From Promethearchaeota archaeon (lineage in GTDB: Archaea; Asgardarchaeota; Lokiarchaeia; Sigyniarchaeales; SOKP01), in NCBI GenBank assembly GCA_013375475.1, contig JABXKD010000075.1:1-17101 (forward strand): a DNA stretch of 17,101 nt, given 5' to 3'. Below, one piece after another: positions 7,267-14,752 of the stretch. The translations under genes and the position numbers were made by a program. The notes beneath the pieces are model-generated. The model was not told the DNA's origin, did not search any database, and saw only the letters and a list, made by a program, of their open reading frames with translations. Each line of letters starts with the position of its first letter. The stretch's first letter is position 1.

Positions 7267-7288
7267 TTAAAAAGCTATTAAAAAGCTA
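7267..7288. repeat. Tandem 11-mer TTAAAAAGCTA x2 in the nadE promoter region
   Basis: Exact copies at 7267-7277 and 7278-7288. The minus strand reads TAGCTTTTTAA and overlaps a TTTTTAAAT TATA-like box. Confidence 0.55.
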
Positions 7289-7381
7289 AAATTCAAATAA
7301 GAAATATATGATTATACATTTAAAAAAAACTCTTAATTATCAATTATTATTATATTGTCTTAGAGTGAAAATTGATTTACT

Positions 7382-7795
7382 ATGAGTGACTTCAAAGCTA
7401 TAGTTGATTCATCATTTGATAGTGGAATTCCGTTCTGGATTTACACAAGCGATTATATTTTCGGTATGATTCCTCTAGACGCAAGTGGAGCTCGTTGGAA
7501 AGAAGTTTCATATACTTTTGAAGAACCAGATAATCCCCTTTTTGTCACGGAGAGGGATGCGGAACTATCCTTTCAATTTCTTCTCGAAGAAGTCGAAAAA
7601 GGAGTATCATTTTATGTCGACGATCTTAAAATTCCACTAATTAAAGAATTCGCAAAAACTCTTGAAGGGAAATCTGGTCCTGAAAAGATGAATGCTTTTA
7701 TAGCTGAATTAATTAACAATTCTTCCAATTATTCCTCAAAATTACCAATCATTAAAAATAAAGACGAACTCGGGACTCTTACAAATAAATTATAG
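7382..7795 (+). CDS. Hypothetical soluble protein
   Basis: 137-aa ATG ORF filling an intergenic gap, globular composition, T-rich tract downstream. No family recognised. Confidence 0.8.
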   Translation: MSDFKAIVDSSFDSGIPFWIYTSDYIFGMIPLDASGARWKEVSYTFEEPDNPLFVTERDAELSFQFLLEEVEKGVSFYVDDLKIPLIKEFAKTLEGKSGPEKMNAFIAELINNSSNYSSKLPIIKNKDELGTLTNKL

Positions 7796-7872
7796 TGCAT
7801 TGTTTGATACTATAATTATTTTTTTATTTTCTTGTAAATTTTTAATTCTTATTAGGAAAAGCATAAATCTGT

Positions 7873-8364
7873 TTAAATATATAAATTCTTTCTCTGAGGA
7901 TGTTTTTTGGTGAATTCTTCATCGATTCTTTTGGCCATTTGGTAGCCTAAATTCGAATCTCGTTCTCCAATAATCTTTTTCAAATAATCTCCATGTTGTT
8001 GAGAATATTTTTCTATTCCTGAAGCAATGATATTCTGATCTTTTTTTATAGGAACAATCATGCCAAACAATCGAAGCATTTCATCAGGTGATAAGGCTTT
8101 ACCTTTACCCGAGGCTTCATCGATGTCTTTGTCTATGTTTCGAACAATTGTGCCCATACTTAACGACGAATAGGGATTTAGCATTTTGGATTTTAACCAG
8201 TAGGCGTTAGGTTTTTTTGTTATAAAAGTATCTGTATTTCCATGATCATCTTTAGATCCAATAACTCTCCAATCAGTAGGATCTCTATCATACTCCTTTT
8301 TCAATTTTTTTATTATTGGCTTGATCGGAGCTACTCCGTCTTTTTCATCTTCGTTATTTTTCAT
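7873..8364 (-). CDS. Hypothetical protein, probably a conserved archaeal family
   Basis: 163-aa ORF. The DP..WR.....D.F.....Y.LK....NPY....G...R..D pattern recalls uncharacterised euryarchaeal proteins (from memory, not verified). Confidence 0.8.
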   Translation of the reverse strand: MKNNEDEKDGVAPIKPIIKKLKKEYDRDPTDWRVIGSKDDHGNTDTFITKKPNAYWLKSKMLNPYSSLSMGTIVRNIDKDIDEASGKGKALSPDEMLRLFGMIVPIKKDQNIIASGIEKYSQQHGDYLKKIIGERDSNLGYQMAKRIDEEFTKKHPQRKNLYI

Positions 8365-8502
8365 GCTTCTGATTATTATAAATAAATTTAACTATAAAAA
8401 GATAAAGAATATACAACATAAGAATTAATGAATTACACCATTATAATTTTCAGTTGTAAAACCATTAACAAATTAACACTTTAGGTTACATTATACAAGG
8501 AA

Positions 8503-10368
8503 ATGAAAGAAAAAGAAAAGCATCTACAAGCTGAGGTTTTGTTTAAATCTATTCAAAATTTTATTGAAACCGGCAATCATACTAAAATATCTGAGAGTTT
8601 AAATGAGCTAAATAGAATTGAAACTGATTTTTTGGACGTTTATAGCAATAGGAAAAAAGAGGGGGCTTACTATACTCAAGAATCAGTTTCAAACTTCATA
8701 GTTTCCCAAGGAATAACTTTTTTTCTTCAAACCTATCTTAAAAGTAATCAATTTAATAAATTAGAAGATATTTATAGTTTGGATGACGATACCAAGTCGA
8801 GAATCAAGCAAAAAATACTAAAGTTTTCCATCATCGATCCTGCCTGCGGTTCAGGAGTCTTCCTCCTGAGCGCTACAAAGGAAATTTATAAACTGATGCG
8901 AAAGCTCGAACCTGAATTGGACATAGCAAAAATCAAACTGCATATTTTAGAAAACATTTTTGGTTCTGAGATTAACGATTATGCTCGAAAACTTTGTATA
9001 ATGAAATTATTTAGGTGGGCATATTCTAAAAATAACTTAGTTAATTCAAAGATTTTTTCAATATTGAATTCTAACATTTTGTTAGAAGATAGTTTAGAAA
9101 GAAAAAAGAGCTCTAAATACGATCTTGTTATCGGAAACCCTCCCTATGGAAACATATTAGACAAAAATCAAAAGGAGAGGTTAAAATCAGAGGATATTTT
9201 TTATAACGATATATACTGTGCGTTTTTATTAAAATCTCTTGAGTGGACTGATGGTTTGATTGGATATTTAGTACCAAAAAGTTTTTTGCTACGACAGGGA
9301 TATATAAGATTTAGAAAGAAACTCTTATCTCTTGCAAATCTTCTCAAAATTTACGACATCGGTCCAAACTTGTTTGCAAAGGCGACAAACGAGGTCCAAA
9401 TTCTATTCTATGAGAAAAAAAGCGATACGAGTAAAGATGTAGAGGTATATCAATATCCAAATACCGAAATTGTAAAATATCCTAAACAAAAAGTTGATTA
9501 TTTAAGAGTATGCTTTAATAATGCCTGCCCTTTAAGCGTCAATAGCAAAAAGATTTACGCTTATGTGTCAGATTTAAAATGTCCATATTGTAATTCTAAA
9601 ACTTTAGCTTTAAATCGCATTAGAATTAAGCCAAATGAGACGATATTAAACCTTGTCACCAAAATTGAAAAAATAGGAGATGTAAATTATCTTAATATAT
9701 CGCGAATACCAAACATGATAAGGGGAGAAGAAGACAAAGGATTAAAACTAATCATAAACCTTATTGAAGAAAATACTAATAATAGTTGCTATTTTATAAA
9801 AGCAAAAGGAGATTTTAATTACTACTATTTTAATAAAGATAAGTCGTTTGCTATTGAAAACTTAGACCCAAAAATCCTAAAAGGAAACAATTTCGAATTT
9901 TATACTGATCCTAAATTATTAATTAAGCATAATAGTATCTTTCCTCAGTCTGTATTCAGTAAAGATAATGTATGTTTTACATCTTCAATCTATTCAATAA
10001 TCAGCGATGATGACATAGAGCTAAAATACATCAATGCAATCCTAAATTCTTCTCTAATGCAATTTTATTGTCTTTACGGGATAAACAATCAACAAAACAC
10101 AACAATAAATCTAAATCAGTATATGATTCGACATCTGCCCGTATTGAATGCTGCATCAGAAATAAAAAATAAGTTAAGTAATCTCGTACAAAGAGTGATT
10201 AACTCTCTTATCGAAAGTAAAGGAATTTATACCGGAGATGTATTGTCCACAATTGGAAGAATTGAAGAAAATATTTTTGAACTTTATGATTTAGAAAGTA
10301 ATGAAAGGAATATAATAATTTCCGACATTAAAAACCGAGTAGATCTCTATAAAAAGGTTTATAATTAA
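8503..10368 (+). CDS. N6-adenine DNA methyltransferase, gamma class (TaqI/Eco57I-like), with C-terminal target recognition region
   Basis: Motif X GAYYT, motif I IIDPACGSG.F, IFGSEIN, motif IV VIGNPPY, DIY..F, YLVP.SFL. The C-terminal 'LKYINAILNSSL..FY...N..MIRHLPV' resembles TaqI_C. No N-terminal nuclease domain. Confidence 0.93.
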   Translation: MKEKEKHLQAEVLFKSIQNFIETGNHTKISESLNELNRIETDFLDVYSNRKKEGAYYTQESVSNFIVSQGITFFLQTYLKSNQFNKLEDIYSLDDDTKSRIKQKILKFSIIDPACGSGVFLLSATKEIYKLMRKLEPELDIAKIKLHILENIFGSEINDYARKLCIMKLFRWAYSKNNLVNSKIFSILNSNILLEDSLERKKSSKYDLVIGNPPYGNILDKNQKERLKSEDIFYNDIYCAFLLKSLEWTDGLIGYLVPKSFLLRQGYIRFRKKLLSLANLLKIYDIGPNLFAKATNEVQILFYEKKSDTSKDVEVYQYPNTEIVKYPKQKVDYLRVCFNNACPLSVNSKKIYAYVSDLKCPYCNSKTLALNRIRIKPNETILNLVTKIEKIGDVNYLNISRIPNMIRGEEDKGLKLIINLIEENTNNSCYFIKAKGDFNYYYFNKDKSFAIENLDPKILKGNNFEFYTDPKLLIKHNSIFPQSVFSKDNVCFTSSIYSIISDDDIELKYINAILNSSLMQFYCLYGINNQQNTTINLNQYMIRHLPVLNAASEIKNKLSNLVQRVINSLIESKGIYTGDVLSTIGRIEENIFELYDLESNERNIIISDIKNRVDLYKKVYN

Positions 10369-10392
10369 CTCTTGATTGGAAGAATAGTGAAT

Positions 10393-11421
10393 TTAATCTT
10401 TTAATTTTAAAATTATATTGCACTCTGAATCCCCTAATCCCATAAATTTATCTCTCTCTACTTCAATTTTAGGATTAAATTCTTTAATAACGGGTTGCAA
10501 ATACGAAATACACATGTCTTTACAAATAGATTCGATTCTATTATGCCTTTCGGGATTTCTTTCCATTGCCGCTATGTAAGGACATTCAATTATGCTTATT
10601 GTAGCCTGATTATCCCCTTCTTGAAAAATATTGTGGATATTTCCTTCGCAATTCCATATAAAAGAAAGAACATTAACTAAATCTTCTAGAGTATTCCCTT
10701 TAATGTTTAAATATTTTATTACTCTGCGGAATATTATTATATATAATTTCTGCCATACGCTTATATCAAGCTTAAGAGCTGCATCCCAACCTAGCTCTCG
10801 TTCTGTTTTTATTACCCACAATCCATCCAATGTTCGAAAATTCTTTTCAAAATAGAAAAGCTTATCTTCCTTCTTAATCTTTCTTATTTCTTCAGGGATT
10901 CCACCTTGCTCAGCCTTATCTAAAGTCTTATCTTCAAAGGATAAAGAAAAATCGCAAGAACTATCACCTAAGCCCATAAATGCCGTTCTATTAAGAATTA
11001 TATTCTCATTGTAATTTTCTACAACCGATTTATAGAAGGGAATACACATTTCTTTACAAATTAGAGGTTGTTTTTCTGTGCGTTCTGGATTACGACTCAT
11101 AGCTGCCTGATAGGGACATTGATCAACTACAATTTTAACTTTACCATCCTCACTCTTTAAAACTTTATATTCCCAACCTTCTATAGACCATCTGAAAGTA
11201 AGAATGTCGATTAAATTTCTTAGATCGTTTTTTTCTAATTGCAAATATTTCTTTAATCTACGAATGACAATGTTAAGTAATTTTTTCCATACAATCACAT
11301 CAATTTTTAGAGCTGTCTCCCAATTTGTCATTTCTTCCGTTTCGATCATCCAAAGCCCATCTAAGGTAAAAAAATTTCTTTCAAAGAAGAATAGTTTATC
11401 GTCTTGTGATACTTTTTTCAT
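10393..11421 (-). CDS. Tandem-duplicated DUF6125-like (V4R / ATC-hydrolase-like) domain protein
   Basis: Two ~163-aa repeats: DKLF.FE.NF.TLDGLW.I.TE....W..ALK.D..VW.KL..I..RR..KYL...CPY.AAM.RNPER......CK.MCI......FMGLGDS.C. The CP..C..C..GD..C pattern is V4R-clan-like. The family name is from recall. Confidence 0.8.
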   Translation of the reverse strand: MKKVSQDDKLFFFERNFFTLDGLWMIETEEMTNWETALKIDVIVWKKLLNIVIRRLKKYLQLEKNDLRNLIDILTFRWSIEGWEYKVLKSEDGKVKIVVDQCPYQAAMSRNPERTEKQPLICKEMCIPFYKSVVENYNENIILNRTAFMGLGDSSCDFSLSFEDKTLDKAEQGGIPEEIRKIKKEDKLFYFEKNFRTLDGLWVIKTERELGWDAALKLDISVWQKLYIIIFRRVIKYLNIKGNTLEDLVNVLSFIWNCEGNIHNIFQEGDNQATISIIECPYIAAMERNPERHNRIESICKDMCISYLQPVIKEFNPKIEVERDKFMGLGDSECNIILKLKD

Positions 11422-11453
11422 CTAAAATTCCTAATTTAAATGTTAAATCTTTA

Positions 11454-11475
11454 AATATTGAAACGTATCAATATT
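11454..11475. promoter_or_regulatory. 22-bp near-perfect palindrome AATATTGA-AACGTA-TCAATATT upstream of the DUF6125-like gene
   Basis: Perfect 8-bp arms with a central ACGT. It overlaps a minus-strand ATTTAAA TATA-like box ~30 nt upstream of ATG 11421. Confidence 0.45.
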
Positions 11476-11650
11476 ATTAATAGTATCAACTTAAATCGAA
11501 ATAATTGTAACGTATTTTAAAAAGTATTCCTTTCGTAGGATCTTGCTGCTTTAACGATTTTCATGATATAATATCTATGAATTTTAATTATTAATAGAGG
11601 ATTTAGAAGCTTTAAATATCAAAACTTTTAAATAATGACAATTATTTTAT

Positions 11651-11672
11651 TAATTTAGATATACCTAAATTA
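11651..11672. promoter_or_regulatory. DtxR/MntR-family-like operator TAATTTAG-ATATAC-CTAAATTA
   Basis: Perfect 8-bp arms. The TTTAG-N6-CTAAA core resembles DtxR-family metalloregulator boxes. It lies between a TATA-like TTTTAAATA (11626-11634) and the ZIP transporter start. Confidence 0.65.
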
Positions 11673-11684
11673 GTGATTTTTGTA

Positions 11685-12587
11685 ATGGAAGTTTTTCTAT
11701 TTGCTCTCCTTTTAAGCTTACTTGCGGGATTATCAACAACAATCGGAAGTGTTATTGCCCTCATTGTTAAAAAACCTAATCCTAAATTTATTTCTCTTAG
11801 TATGGGTTTTTCAGCCGGAGTAATGATCCTGATTGCATTTGTAGAATTACTCCCAGAAGCCATCAAAGAATTAGATTTATTAACAGGTTCACTGTTTTTC
11901 TTCTTGGGGATGTTAATTATGTTTGGTATAGATGTATTCATCTCTCATGAGTATGAATTCGAAGATTCGATAGAAATCTTAACAAATGACAATGGATCCT
12001 GCAGTCCTCATCCACATCATGTTCTATATCATAAAAAACCCAGAAGAAAAAGACATCAAGGTCGCCAAGGGCTTCGTCGTGGATATAGAGATGGGAAAGG
12101 AGACAGACCTCAAGATGGGCGTGGACGCAAAGATGAAATCAATTTAGTAAAAACATCAATTTTTACATTTTTAGGCGTCTTTATTCATAATTTTCCCGAG
12201 GGAATGGCTACTTATATCGGAGCTATTACAGAAATTCAATTAGGAATTATTTTAGCACTAGCCATAGCCCTTCATAACATTCCTGAAGGAATTGCCGTTG
12301 CCGTACCTATTTATGCATGTACAGGAAATAAAAAGAAGGCGTTTAAGTGGTCATTTCTTTCTGGGATAAGCGAACCATTAGGAGCTGTTGTTACTTGGAT
12401 AGTTTTAACTCCTTTTATTACCCCATTTTTATTAAGTGCAATGCTTGCTATCGTTGCGGGTGTTATGATCTACATTTCGTTAGATGAGTTATTACCTGCT
12501 TCAAGATCACTAGGATACGAACATCTATCCATTCTTGGAATAATTGTTGGAATGTTTATTATGACACTCAGCTTAGTTATCTTGTAA
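11685..12587 (+). CDS. zupT: ZIP family divalent metal transporter (ZupT/GufA-like)
   Basis: LAGLST.IG, GFSAGVM....F.ELLPEA, HNFPEG, HNIPEGIAVAVP, SGISEPLGA, AGVMIYISLDELLP. ATG 11685 is preferred; GTG 11673 abuts the operator. Confidence 0.93.
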   Translation: MEVFLFALLLSLLAGLSTTIGSVIALIVKKPNPKFISLSMGFSAGVMILIAFVELLPEAIKELDLLTGSLFFFLGMLIMFGIDVFISHEYEFEDSIEILTNDNGSCSPHPHHVLYHKKPRRKRHQGRQGLRRGYRDGKGDRPQDGRGRKDEINLVKTSIFTFLGVFIHNFPEGMATYIGAITEIQLGIILALAIALHNIPEGIAVAVPIYACTGNKKKAFKWSFLSGISEPLGAVVTWIVLTPFITPFLLSAMLAIVAGVMIYISLDELLPASRSLGYEHLSILGIIVGMFIMTLSLVIL

Positions 12588-12639
12588 TATAATGGATTAA
12601 AAGAAAAAAATTAAAAAATAATATATTAACAGGACTTAT

Positions 12640-13779
12640 TTATCTTAGCCTTGGAGGTGCCACATATACCTTCCGCATTCCTTCTAATAAACTAATGGCA
12701 TTTTCAGGACAAAAATGAGCACATACTCCACAACCAATACAACATTCTGCATTAACTTCTGCTTTTTCGCTATCATTTAATTCTATCGCATCTACGGGGC
12801 ATTTTTCGACGCATGTTCCACAACCAACGCACAAATCAGGATCGACTTGCGATAAATAATTAGTGGAGTTGATCAAAGCAACTATTCCCATTCTCCACCA
12901 TTCCAAAGTACCACAACAATCTTTACAGCAATTACATATACTCGTTTCTGTTTTTGTAATATCTGAATGGGGATGAAATGCTTTATGAACTAAGCCGTCA
13001 TCTTCTGACTTTTTCATTATCTCTAGAGCTTCTCCTTTAGAGATCAAACGGCCAAATCCTTGTTCTGCTACATATCTTGCTGATTTGCCGAAAGTAAAAC
13101 AGTTTTCCCTCAGATCAGTGTATTTACAAGGATTTCCTAATAGATCTCTGTGATGTCTACAGAAGCAGTGCCCAACAGAAATATCATCAAATTTTTCGAT
13201 CAGTTCTTCAACGTTCTGTGTAAGTAATATAGTCTCTTCAGGAACCTCTATTTCTTTATTTACAGATAAACTAATTTGGTCTCCTTGGATCGTTTCATTC
13301 AAAATTGGCACTGTTCTATCAATTGGAAGCATATTTTCAAAAATTGGTAATATCTGTTCGTAATTAGCTTGAATAAAATCCCTAGTTTCCTCGAAGTAGT
13401 TTGAAAACATTTTAGCGAGTTTTTCTTCAACCTCGTTGTGCTCAATTTTTTTCATGTAAAGGTATTCAAAAGCACCGACCATGAGCAATGGCATTAACCT
13501 ATAGACCATCACCCCTTCCGAATTTGGTTGATTGAATATGAACCCTTTCTTGGCTAATCGCTTAACAAAAGATAAAATCTGAGGCTCGGATAATTTACTA
13601 GTCTTTTTTAGCTGGTCCATAGTTTGAGAAGTTTTCCTTCTAAAAGCATTAATGAAATCCAATTCGTCTTCAGTTAGTTGTGTTTTCAATATTTCTATCA
13701 AAGTACTGTTAACAGGCGTAGGCAAAATTCCAGCTTTAGTGATTATATAAGCTGCTTTTTTATATATTTCATCTGACAT
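12640..13779 (-). CDS. Fe-S protein: wHTH-like N-terminus, Cys-rich core and C-terminal 2x[4Fe-4S] ferredoxin domain
   Basis: CVGCGTCVEKCP and CIGCGVCAHFCP; central CFCR..C..C and ICNCCKDCC; N-terminal 'TMDQLKK...SEPQILSFVKRLAKKGFI' helix-turn-helix-wing pattern. ATG 13779 is preferred to TTG 13788 given the TATA-like TTTATAAG at 13820-13813. Confidence 0.88.
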   Translation of the reverse strand: MSDEIYKKAAYIITKAGILPTPVNSTLIEILKTQLTEDELDFINAFRRKTSQTMDQLKKTSKLSEPQILSFVKRLAKKGFIFNQPNSEGVMVYRLMPLLMVGAFEYLYMKKIEHNEVEEKLAKMFSNYFEETRDFIQANYEQILPIFENMLPIDRTVPILNETIQGDQISLSVNKEIEVPEETILLTQNVEELIEKFDDISVGHCFCRHHRDLLGNPCKYTDLRENCFTFGKSARYVAEQGFGRLISKGEALEIMKKSEDDGLVHKAFHPHSDITKTETSICNCCKDCCGTLEWWRMGIVALINSTNYLSQVDPDLCVGCGTCVEKCPVDAIELNDSEKAEVNAECCIGCGVCAHFCPENAISLLEGMRKVYVAPPRLR

Positions 13780-13917
13780 TAGTATCAATTCAAATGGTAA
13801 TATCTAATAATACTTATAAACCTTCAAAATTAAAAAGCTTTAAACAATAAGCAATAACTAAAGCTTTTATAAATAATTAATAAAATAAATTGTATTCTAC
13901 AAATAGAGGATTTCGAA

Positions 13918-14727
13918 ATGGAATTTAAAAATATTTTATATAAGAAGGAGGATCAGGTAGTAACGATAACGATAAATCGTCCAGAGGTTAGGAATTGCAT
14001 CAATAACGAAACAAATCTAGAATTACATGACGCTTGGAAAGCCTTTCGAGACGATGATGATGCTCTAGTAGCAATTTTCACTGGAGCGGGTGATAAGGCG
14101 TTTTCTGCCGGTTGGGATCTTAATGATGCCGCTGCACTTGAAAAATTGGATAATTACGATCAGTTTCGCGTTGCTGTGCATGGGATTGATGGATTTTGTG
14201 GATATACTAAAAAGTTTGACATATTTAAACCAATTATCGCAGCTATAAATGGTTATACTTACGCTGCTGGCCTTGAAAATTGTCTCCTAGCAGATATTCG
14301 AATAGCTTCAGAAAAAGCTAAATTTGGAGCAACGGAAAGGCGATGGAATATTGTAGCTGGGGATGGACTCTGCGTTCGATTACCCCTTGTAATTGGATAC
14401 TCGCGCGCAATGGAACTTATTATAACTGGTCGAGTAATAGACGCTCAAGAAGCTTATCGAATAGGATTAGTTAACGAAGTAGTCCCTCACGATCAACTTA
14501 TGAAGAGAGCTAGAGAGCTAGCTTTGTCAATATGTAAATTACCTCAAGGAGCACTTCGCACGGATAAAGAAACTGTTGTAAGGTGCGTAGGTCGAACAGT
14601 TGAAGAAAGAACATTTATTGAAACTGAAGGTACCATGTCCATGTTTGCCAGAAGAGACAAGCACACCGAAGGAGCGAAGGCATTTCTTCAGAAAAGAAAA
14701 CCAGAGTGGAAAGATCGAGGAATATAA
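13918..14727 (+). CDS. Enoyl-CoA hydratase/isomerase (crotonase) family protein
   Basis: ITINRPEVRN, GAGDKAFSAGWDL, KPIIAAING...AAGLE, ADIRIASE.AKFGATE, LIITGR.IDAQEAY.IGLVNEVV. Both catalytic Glu positions are present. GAGGA SD at 13906-13910. Confidence 0.95.
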   Translation: MEFKNILYKKEDQVVTITINRPEVRNCINNETNLELHDAWKAFRDDDDALVAIFTGAGDKAFSAGWDLNDAAALEKLDNYDQFRVAVHGIDGFCGYTKKFDIFKPIIAAINGYTYAAGLENCLLADIRIASEKAKFGATERRWNIVAGDGLCVRLPLVIGYSRAMELIITGRVIDAQEAYRIGLVNEVVPHDQLMKRARELALSICKLPQGALRTDKETVVRCVGRTVEERTFIETEGTMSMFARRDKHTEGAKAFLQKRKPEWKDRGI

Positions 14728-14752
14728 AACTAATTTCCAACTGAAAAAGTGA

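Noticed and set aside
7382-10368. Restriction-modification, BREX or DISARM defence island
   Set aside because: No recognisable nuclease, ATPase, helicase or PglZ gene nearby, and the flanks are housekeeping genes.
10495-11425. Plus-strand ORFs 10495-10680, 10631-10855 and 11204-11425
   Set aside because: Antisense shadows of the tandem DUF6125-like gene. Their mutual similarity only reflects its duplication.
11642-11941. 99-aa minus-strand ORF
   Set aside because: Antisense to zupT.
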